From the NCBI GenBank assembly GCA_964244895.1, contig CAXTKV010000029.1, positions 1 through 20,646 of the forward strand: a stretch of DNA of 20,646 nucleotides. The letters run 5' to 3'. Of this stretch, positions 1 through 8,126 are shown in pieces. The DNA is from an uncultured Deinococcales bacterium (GTDB lineage: Bacteria; Deinococcota; Deinococci; Deinococcales; JAAFIG01). Made by a program: the position numbers and the translations under genes. Position 1 is the stretch's first letter. Every line of letters starts with the position of its first letter. The notes beneath the pieces were generated by a model. It was not told the origin of the DNA. It worked only from the letters and a program-made list of their open reading frames with translations, and ran no database searches.

Positions 1-9
1 CCCGTTCGC

Positions 10-660
10 TCACGCGCCGACCTCGAGCAATGCCGCTCGAGTCGCGGCTTCAACGCCCACCCAGTCGCCGTTCTCGAGCGAGGCTTTCGGAAAGAAGTTC
101 GATCCCAGCCCGACCGCCAGCGCTCCCGACTGGAGGTAGCCCGAAACTTCTTTCGGCGTCACGCCGCCCGTGACCATCACCTTCAACTGCGGAAACGGCC
201 CGAGCAAGTCCTTCAGCAACGCCCTGCCGCCGCTCGAGCCGATGGGAAAAAGCTTCAGCGCACCCGCGCCCAACCCGAGCGCGCGGGCAATTTCCGTGGG
301 TGTGATCGCGCCGGGAACGTAAATCGCGTTCCGCTCGAGCGCGAATTCCAGCACGCGCTCACACAGATGCGGGCTGACCAGAAAATCCGCACCGGAATCC
401 AGCGCTTCGCGCGCCTGATCCGGGTTCATGACCGTACCAGCGCCGATCAGAACGTCGCGCGGAAGTTGATCGCGCAACGCGCGGATGGCGCGCGCGGCAT
501 CCGGCGTGGTGTACGTGATTTCCAGGCAGGTCAACCCGCCGCGCGCAGCGGCCAGCGATGCCTGAATCGCGGCCTCGGCGCTGGTGGTGCGCAGCACGCC
601 GACCACGCGGGCTGCGCGCAGTTTCTCGAGAAACGCCTCAACGTCCAAGCCAACCACCAT
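10..660 (-). CDS. eda: KDPG/KHG aldolase (Eda/DgoA family class I aldolase)
   Basis: Motifs 'VVGVLR', 'LEITYTTP', 'IGAGTV', 'FLVSP', 'PGAITPTE', 'LKLFP' (Schiff-base Lys), 'TGGV'. Start is uncertain: ATG at 660 or TTG at 648, both overlapping the upstream SDR stop (638-640). The ORF-track start at 723 lies deep inside the SDR gene. Confidence 0.88.
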   Translation of the reverse strand: MVVGLDVEAFLEKLRAARVVGVLRTTSAEAAIQASLAAARGGLTCLEITYTTPDAARAIRALRDQLPRDVLIGAGTVMNPDQAREALDSGADFLVSPHLCERVLEFALERNAIYVPGAITPTEIARALGLGAGALKLFPIGSSGGRALLKDLLGPFPQLKVMVTGGVTPKEVSGYLQSGALAVGLGSNFFPKASLENGDWVGVEAATRAALLEVGA

Positions 661-1393
661 CCACCGCCAGCACGTGACCGTGAACGTAATCGGCGGCGGG
701 CGAGGCCAGAAACACGACCGCACCCGCGATGTCCTCTGGCTGACCCCAACGTCCAGCGGGAATGCGTTCAGAAATTTGCCTGGATCGGACAGGATCGGCC
801 AGCAGCGCCGTGTTCAGATCCGTGTTCATGTAGCCCGGCGCGACCGCGTTGACGTTGACACCCCTGGCCGCCCACTCGTTCGAGAGCGCCTTGGTGAGTT
901 GCGCCACGCCGCCCTTGCTGGCGGCGTAGGCGGGCACGTTCAGGCCGCCCTGAAAGGACAGCAGGGACGCGATGTTGACGATCTTGCCGCGTCCGCGATC
1001 CAGCATTCCGCGCCCGAAGCCCTGAGCCAGCACGAACACCGATTTCAGGTTGACGTTGATGACGGTGTCCCAATCGTTGATCGGAAACTCCGCCGCCGGA
1101 TGGCGGATGTTCAATCCCGCGTTGTTGATCAGGATGTCCACTGCGCCCAATTCGAGCACCTGCGCGATCGCGCCCTCGAGCGCGTGCGCGTCGCCCAGGT
1201 CGGCGCGAACGACATCGTAAAAACGCCCGAGCGCCCGAACCTCGAGCGCCACGGGCGGTTCTTCGGGGTTGCGGTGAATCGAGACGATGTCCGCCCCGGC
1301 TCGCGCCAGACCCAAGGCGATGCCCGCCCCCAGGCCGCGATTGCCGCCCGTCACGACCGCCCGCAGGCCGCTCAGGTCGAAGGGATTCGTCAC
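638..1393 (-). CDS. kduD: Short-chain dehydrogenase/reductase, 2-dehydro-3-deoxy-D-gluconate 5-dehydrogenase (KduD)-like
   Basis: TGGNRGLG Rossmann motif, NNAG, 'IASLLSFQGG', catalytic YAASK, 'NEWAARGVNVNAVAPGY', 'RIPAGRWG', 'VDGGWLGR' C-terminus, all typical of KduD. Its start overlaps the upstream stop (GTGA). Confidence 0.8.
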   Translation of the reverse strand: MTNPFDLSGLRAVVTGGNRGLGAGIALGLARAGADIVSIHRNPEEPPVALEVRALGRFYDVVRADLGDAHALEGAIAQVLELGAVDILINNAGLNIRHPAAEFPINDWDTVINVNLKSVFVLAQGFGRGMLDRGRGKIVNIASLLSFQGGLNVPAYAASKGGVAQLTKALSNEWAARGVNVNAVAPGYMNTDLNTALLADPVRSRQISERIPAGRWGQPEDIAGAVVFLASPAADYVHGHVLAVDGGWLGR

Positions 1394-2532
1394 GATGATC
1401 TCCCGGCGATGTCGAACATGACCTTGATCGCGCGACCGCCCGCGAAGGCCAGTTTGAAACCTTCCTGGAGACTCGAGAGGGGCAGTTTCGTGATCAGTTG
1501 CGCCAGCGGCATCGTACCCGCGCGGATCATCTCGAGCGCAATCGTGAAATCCTCGCTCGCGTAGACCCGCGTGCCGTTCATGTTCTGTTCCTTGAAGACG
1601 ATGCTCTGCAAATCCACCGGCGCGGGTTTCTTGTAGCTGCCGACCAGCATGATCTGGCCGCGCACGCGGGTCACGCGCGTCAGAATTTCCGCGACGGCGG
1701 GATGGCCCGCCGCGTCGAAGCTGACATCAGCGCCCTCGCCGCCCGTGTGCTGAAGGATCGACTGGACTGGATCGGTTCTGGCGTCAATGGCCGTGAATCC
1801 GAGTTCTCGAGCCACATGGATTCGATCCTCGCTCGACTCGGAAATGAGCACCGCCCGCGCACCGGACGCGCGCAAGACGAGCGCCAGCAGCAGACCGATC
1901 GGCCCCGCGCCCAGCACGGCGACGGCATCGCCGGGTTTGAAGGCTGATCGGCGCACCGCGTGAACCGCCACCGCCAGAGGTTCGGCCAGCGCCGCGAGCT
2001 CGAGGCTGACGCCCTGGGGAATTTTGTGCAGTTTATTGATCGGCGCGACCACGAACTGCGCCATGCCGCCCGGCGCGTCTATACCGTACAGGCGCAGGTT
2101 CTTACAGACGTGCGCGTTGCCCGTCCGGCAGGCGTGGCACTGCCCGCAAGAAATCAGGGGTTCGACCACGACGGCATCACCGACCTCGAAGCGATCGCCC
2201 CTGAGCGCGGATGGGTCGTCCACCTCGAGCGCGGCGGAGTGCTTCACCGCGAGCGAGGCTGGGTATTTCACCGCGAGCGAGGCTGGGTATTTCACCGCGA
2301 GCGAGGCTGGGTATTTCACCTCGAGCAGCGTCCCGCTGAACTCGTGACCCAGCACCAGCGGCGCTTGCGCGCGCGGGTGCGTACCGCCCACGATGAACGT
2401 ATCCGTGCCGCAGATGCCGCAGTGAGATACGTCGATCAGCGCCCAGCCTTCCGGTGCGCTCGGTCTGGCGATGGTCTGAAGGCTGACCCGCATCGGGCCT
2501 TCGTAGACGGCGGCGAGCATCACTTCAGCCAC
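1390..2532 (-). CDS. Zn-dependent medium-chain dehydrogenase (sugar-acid/polyol dehydrogenase-like) carrying an in-frame repeat insertion
   Basis: 'CGICGTD' and 'GHE' catalytic Zn ligands, structural Zn 'CGQCHACRTGNAHVC', 'EPLAVAVHA', NAD-binding 'GAGPIG'. Start GTG 2532 or ATG 2520. Confidence 0.9.
   Translation of the reverse strand: MAEVMLAAVYEGPMRVSLQTIARPSAPEGWALIDVSHCGICGTDTFIVGGTHPRAQAPLVLGHEFSGTLLEVKYPASLAVKYPASLAVKYPASLAVKHSAALEVDDPSALRGDRFEVGDAVVVEPLISCGQCHACRTGNAHVCKNLRLYGIDAPGGMAQFVVAPINKLHKIPQGVSLELAALAEPLAVAVHAVRRSAFKPGDAVAVLGAGPIGLLLALVLRASGARAVLISESSEDRIHVARELGFTAIDARTDPVQSILQHTGGEGADVSFDAAGHPAVAEILTRVTRVRGQIMLVGSYKKPAPVDLQSIVFKEQNMNGTRVYASEDFTIALEMIRAGTMPLAQLITKLPLSSLQEGFKLAFAGGRAIKVMFDIAGRSS
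2221..2325. repeat. 24-bp tandem repeat inside the dehydrogenase CDS, encoding (VKYPASLA)x3 + VKHSAALE
   Basis: TTCACCGCGAGCGAGGCTGGGTAT occurs identically at 2243-2266, 2267-2290 and 2291-2314, with a degenerate unit at 2219-2242. CACCTCGAG bounds both ends (2221-2229, 2317-2325). Confidence 0.97.
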
Positions 2533-3532
2533 GGTGAAACTCGTTTCTCACGCGCTCGAAGGCGTGCGGCAGGACTTCGGGGTTCAGGCAGTATCGCGGT
2601 TGCAGACCACTCAGGACGCTGGCGGTTTCCTCGGCGCACTTGGTTTTCAGGTCCACGAAGGCGTCCTCCGAATACCAGGCGGCGTGCGGCGTGATCACGC
2701 AATTCTCGAGCGTTAACAATCCGTGATTGACCGGGATCGGTTCGACCTCGAGCACGTCCAATCCCGCGCCCGCGATCACACCGTTGCGCAGGGCGTTCTC
2801 GAGCGCGATCGTGTCCACCAGGCCGCCCCTGGAGGTGTTGATCAGCATGGCGCTGGGTTTCATGATGGCCAGCGCATCCGCATCGATCAGATGATTCGTT
2901 TCCGGCGTGTGCGGCGCGTGAATCGAGACGAAATCCGACTGGCGCAGCAGGCGTTCCAGGTCGACCATTCTCGCACCTTCCACCTCGAAACCAGGTTGAT
3001 CCGCGCGCGGGTCGAAGGCGATCACCTCGAGCCCCAGTCCCGCCGCCTTGCGCGCCGTGGCTCGCCCGATGCGCCCGTAACCGATCACGCCCAGCAGCTT
3101 GCCGCGCATTCGGTAGACGGGTCGCGCCAGCGCGAAATCCCAGACGCCCGCGCGCACCGCGCGATCCAGCCGGTGCGTGCCGCGCGCCAAGCCCATCAAC
3201 AGGGCGATGGCCTGATCGGAGACTTCCTCGATGCCGTAATCGGGCACGTTGCAGACGGCGATGCCGAGTTCGGTCGCGGCGAGGATATCGACCTTGTCCA
3301 CGCCCACGCCGTAGCGCGTCAGGACTTTCAATTTCGGCAGACTGGAAAGTACGCGGCGCGACATCGGCGCGTACTGGTTCAGCAACCCATCCGCATCACC
3401 GCACGCGGCGATCACATCGTCTTCAGTCTCGCATTGCGCGGGCACGAGTTCGAGGTTCGCGGCGTTCATCACGGCCTGCTCGAGTTCCAGGTTCGGGTAA
3501 TCCCAATCGGTCACGAAGACCTTGAAGCTCAT
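2525..3532 (-). CDS. D-isomer-specific 2-hydroxyacid dehydrogenase (SerA/CtBP-like)
   Basis: 'RYGVGVD', 'NVPDYG', 'GYGRIG' NAD motif, 'INTSRG' (Arg), 'DVLEVEP' (Glu), 'TPHAAW' (His). ATG at 3532 overlaps the upstream TGA (TGATG coupling) and follows GGAGG. Confidence 0.9.
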   Translation of the reverse strand: MSFKVFVTDWDYPNLELEQAVMNAANLELVPAQCETEDDVIAACGDADGLLNQYAPMSRRVLSSLPKLKVLTRYGVGVDKVDILAATELGIAVCNVPDYGIEEVSDQAIALLMGLARGTHRLDRAVRAGVWDFALARPVYRMRGKLLGVIGYGRIGRATARKAAGLGLEVIAFDPRADQPGFEVEGARMVDLERLLRQSDFVSIHAPHTPETNHLIDADALAIMKPSAMLINTSRGGLVDTIALENALRNGVIAGAGLDVLEVEPIPVNHGLLTLENCVITPHAAWYSEDAFVDLKTKCAEETASVLSGLQPRYCLNPEVLPHAFERVRNEFHRG

Positions 3533-4554
3533 CAGGAAACCTCCGACGGCACGGGTGCATCCTCGCGGATGAAGCCCTGCGCTTTCAGCGCCGCCCAGCA
3601 TTCGGGCGGGATCGGGTGTTCAAAAAGCTGCGTGTTCTCCTGAAGTTGCGCCGCGTTACCCGCACCGACCAGCGTGTTCACGACGGCGGGATGCGCGGCG
3701 GGGAACTGAATCGCGGCGGCTTTCAAGGGCACGTCGAATTCCTGGCAGACCGACTCGATGGCGAGCGCGCGCTCGATTGTGGCCGGGTCGGCGGGCGCGT
3801 AATCGAACATTCCGGCCCGAGGGTCGGCCAGGATTCCGCTGTTGTAAACGCCGCCGATGCAAACGCTGATCTGGCGCTCGAGGCACGCGGGCAGGAGCTC
3901 GTCCAGCGCGCCCTGCTCGAGCAGCGTGTACCGCCCGGCCAGCAAGAAGATGTCGAAATCCCCGGCCAGCGCAAATTCGTGCATCTGTTTGGATTGGTTC
4001 ATGCCCACCCCGAAGGCGTTGATTGCGCCCTGGCTCCGCAGTTCGTGCAGCGCGCGGTAGCCGCCGTTCATGACTTCTTTGGTGGTCGCGCCGATCGCGT
4101 CCGGGTCGTGAATGTAGACGATGTCGATGCGCTCGAGCCCGAGCCGTTTCAGGCTGTCCTCGATCGAGCGCATGAAGCCGTCGTAAGAGTAGTCGTAGAC
4201 GACGTTGAGCCTGGATGTCGTCTTGAAAAAAAGCTGGCCGTTGCGGTCGAGTTGGCTGGGGTGGACGGGCGCGTTTTCTCGCAGCAAGCGCCCGACTTTG
4301 GTCGAGAGCGCGTAGCTCGAGCGATCCCGATCCTGCAGGCTTCTTCCCAGGCGTTCCTCCGCCAGTCCGAAGCCGTACCACGGCGCGACATCCAGGTAAT
4401 CGATGCCGTTCTGGAAGGCGCAATCGATCACGCTCCGCGCTGCCTGATCGGATGAGGGTTTGTACAGGCCGCCGAAACCTGAAGCGCCCACGCCGAGCGC
4501 GGTCAGCGCAAACTGGCCGTTCAGACTGGTGCGTTTTTCATTCGCGCGCGGCAC
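3532..4554 (-). CDS. Aldo-keto reductase, D-threo-aldose (L-fucose/L-galactose) 1-dehydrogenase-like
   Basis: 'DVAPWYGFGLAEERLG', 'STKVGR', 'YDYSYDG', 'SLKRLGLERIDIVYIHDPD', 'LLAGRYTLLEQ', 'GGVYNSGILA'. Start placed at GTG 4554 (GGGG upstream); the longer track start runs through the 48-bp repeat. Confidence 0.85.
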   Translation of the reverse strand: MPRANEKRTSLNGQFALTALGVGASGFGGLYKPSSDQAARSVIDCAFQNGIDYLDVAPWYGFGLAEERLGRSLQDRDRSSYALSTKVGRLLRENAPVHPSQLDRNGQLFFKTTSRLNVVYDYSYDGFMRSIEDSLKRLGLERIDIVYIHDPDAIGATTKEVMNGGYRALHELRSQGAINAFGVGMNQSKQMHEFALAGDFDIFLLAGRYTLLEQGALDELLPACLERQISVCIGGVYNSGILADPRAGMFDYAPADPATIERALAIESVCQEFDVPLKAAAIQFPAAHPAVVNTLVGAGNAAQLQENTQLFEHPIPPECWAALKAQGFIREDAPVPSEVS

Positions 4555-4588
4555 GCTTAACCCCGATCTCGAGCGACTTCGCCCTCGA

Positions 4589-4636
4589 GAACACCGTCCT
4601 GCACGCATATCTAAATTCGTGTGCAGGACGGTGTTC
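4589..4636. repeat. 48-bp dyad element, copy A (16-bp perfect arms)
   Basis: GAACACCGTCCTGCAC-16 nt-GTGCAGGACGGTGTTC. CTCGAG abuts the left end (4584-4589). Confidence 0.92.
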
Positions 4637-4669
4637 CTTGAACTCACCACTCAAACCTCATCACTTCCT

Positions 4670-5866
4670 TCACGCCAGCGCCAACGGCAAGCAACTCGGG
4701 CCGATCGGCTCGAAGCTTTTATAAGTCAGCACGAACTCGCGGTGCCCGAGCGATTCGGAAGCGGTCTTCTCGCCTTCGGCGGTGCGCCGAATCCGTTCGA
4801 TGATCTCGAGCCCGACCTCGTCGAGCGTGCCGTTACCTTCCAGAATCCGTCCGGCGTTGACATCCATGTCGTCACTCATGCGGCGGTAGGTTTCCGGGTT
4901 GCCGCAGACCTTGATGACGGGGCTGATGGCGCTGCCGACGACGCTGCCGCGACCCGTGGTGAACAGGATCACGTGCGAGCCGCAGGCGATCAACTCGCCG
5001 ATCTCTGCGGTGTCGTTGATGTTCGGAAAGCCGAAGCGCACCTCACCGTCCGGGATCACGTCCAGCAGGTACAAGCCGGGTTGGGGCGGCACATCGCCGG
5101 GTTTGATGATGCCGTGCAGCGGCCCGTGACCCGCCTTGGCGTAGGCGCCCAACGATTTTTCTTCCAGGGTGGTCAGGCCGCCTTCGGCGTTGCCGACCGC
5201 GAAGCTGCCGTGCCCGAGCGTGTCGTAGTAGCGCGCGGTCTTGTCCATGCAACTTAAAATTTCCTGACCCAATTCCGGCGTGATGGCGCGGCGCACCATG
5301 TCCTGCTCGCAGCCGATCAGCTCGCCGGTTTCCTCGAAGATCGCGGTCGCGCCCAGTTGCACCAGGCGGTCGAAGGCGTTCCCGACCGCCGGGTTCGCGC
5401 TGATGCCGCTCGTACCATCCGAACCGCCGCAGACGGTACCGACGATCAGTTCGCTGATGGCCATCTCGACGCGCGGCACGCGCTCGAGCTCAGCCAGGGT
5501 TTCTCTGATCCACTCGCGGCCCGCGTCGAAGGTCTTGCGCGTACCGCCCGTCTGCTGAATCACCAGCGTCTCTATCGGGCGACCACTGGCGCGCACCGTC
5601 TCTGCGAGCCTGCTGCGGTTGAAGCTCTCGCAGCCCAGGCTGACCAGCAGCACCGCGCCGACGTTCGGGTGCGTGCAGAGCGATTCCATCATCTCGAGGG
5701 CGTAGGTGTTCGGGTAGCAGCCGCTGAAGCCGATGACGTGAACATCGTCGTCCTCGAAGGGCGCAGCGATCTGCGCGGCGACGTGGTGCGCGCATTCCAC
5801 CAGGTACGCAACCAACGTGACGTTGCGAATGCCTTTCTTGCCGTCCTGGCGCAGATACGCTCTCAT
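4670..5866 (-). CDS. UxaA/GarD-family sugar-acid dehydratase, large (beta) subunit
   Basis: 'DGKKGIRN', 'HPNVGAVLLVSLGCE', 'CGGSDGTSGISANPAVG', 'ETGELIGCE', 'GGLTTLEEKSLG', 'FTTGRGS', 'PVIKV', 'DMDVNAG'. TGATG-coupled to the upstream SAF gene. Confidence 0.9.
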   Translation of the reverse strand: MRAYLRQDGKKGIRNVTLVAYLVECAHHVAAQIAAPFEDDDVHVIGFSGCYPNTYALEMMESLCTHPNVGAVLLVSLGCESFNRSRLAETVRASGRPIETLVIQQTGGTRKTFDAGREWIRETLAELERVPRVEMAISELIVGTVCGGSDGTSGISANPAVGNAFDRLVQLGATAIFEETGELIGCEQDMVRRAITPELGQEILSCMDKTARYYDTLGHGSFAVGNAEGGLTTLEEKSLGAYAKAGHGPLHGIIKPGDVPPQPGLYLLDVIPDGEVRFGFPNINDTAEIGELIACGSHVILFTTGRGSVVGSAISPVIKVCGNPETYRRMSDDMDVNAGRILEGNGTLDEVGLEIIERIRRTAEGEKTASESLGHREFVLTYKSFEPIGPSCLPLALA

Positions 5867-6171
5867 CAGTGGCCTCCTTCGCCGGGTCGTCCGAAGCTGG
5901 GGATGTAATCGCTTTGCAGGTTGTGCGTGTGAACGTGATCACCGGGTTGAATCGCGCTCGTGCTGGAACCGATCGGCATGCCGAATTTAACGATTTTCTC
6001 GCCCGCCTCGAGCGCACGCGCCGCGACCTTGTGCCCGAAAGGAATGGTTTTGGTGGCCGTCACCTGGATTCCTTCGACCTGCAGAATCTGGCCTTCGGTG
6101 ATGGCCTTGACCACCACCAGCACGTTGTCTTTCGGTGAGAGCCTCAAAAGGTGCGGATTTGAATGCTGCAC
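5866..6171 (-). CDS. UxaA-family dehydratase small (alpha) subunit, SAF domain
   Basis: 'DNVLV', 'IPFGHKVA', 'GEKIVKFGMPIG', 'GDHVHTHNL'. AGGAGG lies 8 nt upstream of the GTG. Confidence 0.9.
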   Translation of the reverse strand: MQHSNPHLLRLSPKDNVLVVVKAITEGQILQVEGIQVTATKTIPFGHKVAARALEAGEKIVKFGMPIGSSTSAIQPGDHVHTHNLQSDYIPSFGRPGEGGH

Positions 6172-6174
6172 GGT

Positions 6175-7023
6175 TCACGCCTCCTGTGGGTCTAAATCGA
6201 GTCGGTAGACGCGCACCGCGTTGTCTGACCAGAAGGCTCGAGCATCGGGTTCCGGGAGCGCACCCACGGCTTCGCGCACGATTTCCAGCGTGCGCTGGTA
6301 CGGCGCAGCCAGGGTGCTGACGGGCCAGTCGCCGCCGAACAGCGCGCGGTTCGTGGAAAAAAGACTGAAACCAAAATCGATCGTCTCGCGCAACAATTCC
6401 AGGTCGGGTGCGCCGCTAAAACCCGTCAACAAACCGGAAACCTTGCAGGTCAGATTCGGCAGCGCCGCCAGCCGCGCGATGTCGGCGCGCCACCCCTCGA
6501 GATCGCCATTGAACGGCGGATTGCCCATGTGATCGAGCACGAACGCCACGCGCGGGTGGGCCGCGATCACGTCGAAAACCATCTCGAGTTGATCGGCGCG
6601 CAAGACCAGGTCGACGCTCAGCCCGTGATCGGCCACGGTCTCGAGCCCGGCCTGCACGTCCTTGCGCGTCAACCAGTTCTGGTCAGTGATCGCGTGCGTC
6701 AGGTGGCGCACGCCCTTGAATCTGGGGTCTCGAGAGGCGCGCGTCATTTGCGATTCGAGGTCGGGTGCGGTCAAGTCGAGCCAGCCGACGATTCCGCGAA
6801 TCCACGGGTACGGGCGCGTCGCGTTCAGAATCCAGTCGTTTTCCCTGGGGTCGTGCCCGACCTGCACGTAGACGCCGTGTGTGACGCCAGCTTCGACGCG
6901 TTGCGGCTCGAGTTCGTCCGGCATGAAGGCGCGCCGCAGGGCTTCGGGTTCGGATGGCTTCAGCCAGAAGTAATCGAGCGCGGCGGGGTTCCAGAAGTGA
7001 ACGTGCGTGTCGACGATTCGCAT
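6175..7023 (-). CDS. Amidohydrolase-superfamily sugar lactonase (L-fuconolactonase-like)
   Basis: 'IVDTHVHFW', 'KGVRH', 'VLDHMGNP', 'CKVSGL', 'FGGDWPV', 'NAVRVYRL'. GAAGGA RBS upstream of ATG. First gene of the operon. Confidence 0.85.
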   Translation of the reverse strand: MRIVDTHVHFWNPAALDYFWLKPSEPEALRRAFMPDELEPQRVEAGVTHGVYVQVGHDPRENDWILNATRPYPWIRGIVGWLDLTAPDLESQMTRASRDPRFKGVRHLTHAITDQNWLTRKDVQAGLETVADHGLSVDLVLRADQLEMVFDVIAAHPRVAFVLDHMGNPPFNGDLEGWRADIARLAALPNLTCKVSGLLTGFSGAPDLELLRETIDFGFSLFSTNRALFGGDWPVSTLAAPYQRTLEIVREAVGALPEPDARAFWSDNAVRVYRLDLDPQEA

Positions 7024-7099
7024 CAGCGGTTCCTTCGGGCGTTCGACCGAATTCGGGATGGCGTTGTTTTGAGCTGAGGGTGCAGCCTGGATGGTTCAA

Positions 7100-7129
7100 A
7101 ATTTATCATACAACTTGAGCGGCTGTCAA
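7100..7129 (-). promoter_or_regulatory. Putative sigma70 promoter of the catabolic operon, with an operator in its spacer
   Basis: Minus strand reads TTGACA (7129-7124), 18 nt, then TGn-TAAATT (7105-7100). The spacer contains the TCATACAACT box (7106-7115). Confidence 0.65.
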
Positions 7130-7260
7130 GATTTTGAATTCGCACCAGGCTCGAGCATCCCAGAAAGGCGCAATCTGAGGTGGGGTATCCCAAAGACAGA
7201 TCTGATTTCTCGAATTGACACCTGAAAATACCGTTCAGAGCGCAATTTATCGAGTTTGAT

Positions 7261-7283
7261 GAATACTGTTCCAGACGGTCTTT
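7261..7283. repeat. Degenerate 23-bp half unit of the dyad element
   Basis: GAATACTGTTCCAGACGGTCTTT matches GAACACCGTCC-N-GGACGGTGTTC with 6 mismatches. A left-arm-like AAATACCGTTC lies at 7226-7236. Confidence 0.45.
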
Positions 7284-7347
7284 CGGTTCGGAAAATTCTG
7301 CTCGAGCTCGAATCTGCGCACCGCTCAAGCGTTTCATCGATCAGAAT

Positions 7348-7370
7348 AAGTCATACAACTATGCTACGCT
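7348..7370 (+). promoter_or_regulatory. Putative GntR-family operator and extended -10 upstream of the regulator gene
   Basis: AAGTCATACAACT is near-palindromic (GT-N6-AC); its TCATACAACT (7351-7360) is identical to 7106-7115. It is followed by TG-C-TACGCT (7362-7370). Confidence 0.55.
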
Positions 7371-7405
7371 GAACGCATCCCGATACGTCCATTTGAGGAA
7401 CCACC

Positions 7406-8125
7406 TTGACCGCGCCCAACCCGCAACCCAGGATTCCCGCATCGCAGACCGTGGCGCAAAACGTCATCAGGTTGATCCAGGAATCTGGCCTCAAAACGGG
7501 CGATCGCCTGCCGACCGAAAAGGAATTGACCGAACGCTACGGCGTCAGCCGCACCGTCGTCCGCGAAGCCATCAAGGTGCTGTCCGCTACCGGACTGGTC
7601 GAAACGCGGCGCGGCAGCGGCACGTACGTCAGCGATCACACCGGCATCCCGATCACGACCGCCATTAACCTGTCCATGCTGATCAACCCCGAACACGTCT
7701 CGAGGTTGCTCGAGTTCCGTACCGTGATCGAAACGCAGACCGCACAGATGGCCGCCGAACGCATCACGCCACCCGAACTGCGCGTCCTGCGCGAGATTCT
7801 GGATCACAACGCGCGTTGCGCGACAGCGGGTGATATTGCCGGATTTCTGGCCAGCGACGGCAGTTTCCACAAACGCATCGCGGAAGCCACCCGAAACCCG
7901 TTCCTGGTCACGACCGTGCAGGGCATCTTCCGCTTTCAGCACGACGCGGTGGACAAAATCATCGGCCTGCCGGGATCTCAACGACAGGGCGCGGACGAAC
8001 ACCGCGCGATCCTCGAAGCCATCCGCGACGGCGAGCCCGAACGCGCCGCTTCAGCCATGCGCACCCACCTCGAGAACGTCACCGTGAGTTATCACCGAGC
8101 CGTTCAGGAACGCCTCAAACCCTGA
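7406..8125 (+). CDS. GntR-family transcriptional regulator, FadR subfamily (wHTH + FCD)
   Basis: 'GDRLPTEKELTERYGVSRTVVREAIKVL', 'GSGTYV', FCD motifs 'LEFRTVIE', 'DGSFHKRIAEATRNP', 'EHRAILEAI', 'MRTHL'. TTG start with GAGGA RBS. Divergent from the catabolic operon. Confidence 0.93.
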   Translation: MTAPNPQPRIPASQTVAQNVIRLIQESGLKTGDRLPTEKELTERYGVSRTVVREAIKVLSATGLVETRRGSGTYVSDHTGIPITTAINLSMLINPEHVSRLLEFRTVIETQTAQMAAERITPPELRVLREILDHNARCATAGDIAGFLASDGSFHKRIAEATRNPFLVTTVQGIFRFQHDAVDKIIGLPGSQRQGADEHRAILEAIRDGEPERAASAMRTHLENVTVSYHRAVQERLKP

Positions 8126-8126
8126 A

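Noticed and set aside
2243..2314. 24-bp repeats as a CRISPR array
   Set aside because: The units are contiguous with no spacers, lie in frame inside a CDS, and no cas genes are present.
4535..4541. Possible frameshifted ATG start for the aldo-keto reductase (ATG-AAAAA-CGC)
   Set aside because: An in-frame GTG at 4554 with a purine-rich RBS explains the gene without invoking an indel.
4555..4650. N-terminal extension of the aldo-keto reductase in the ORF track (likewise the 12558 and 18300 starts)
   Set aside because: These extensions start in or run through the 48-bp element and encode nothing family-like. Downstream starts fit the families better.
4670..6171. Split dehydratase as SuyAB sulfolactate sulfo-lyase
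   Set aside because: It has the same two-subunit architecture, but the neighbours (lactonase, AKR, KduD, Eda) point to sugar acids and no sulfonate or sulfite genes are present. Not excluded without a phylogeny.
7023..7337. 104-aa ORF in the divergent control region
   Set aside because: Atypical composition, no recognisable domain, and it overlaps the predicted promoter, operator and repeat remnant.
1164..7507. GCGATCGC (cyanobacterial HIP1) occurrences
   Set aside because: Only about three were seen (1164, 2191, 7500). That is too few to call iteration or a cyanobacterial origin; the iterated word here is CTCGAG.
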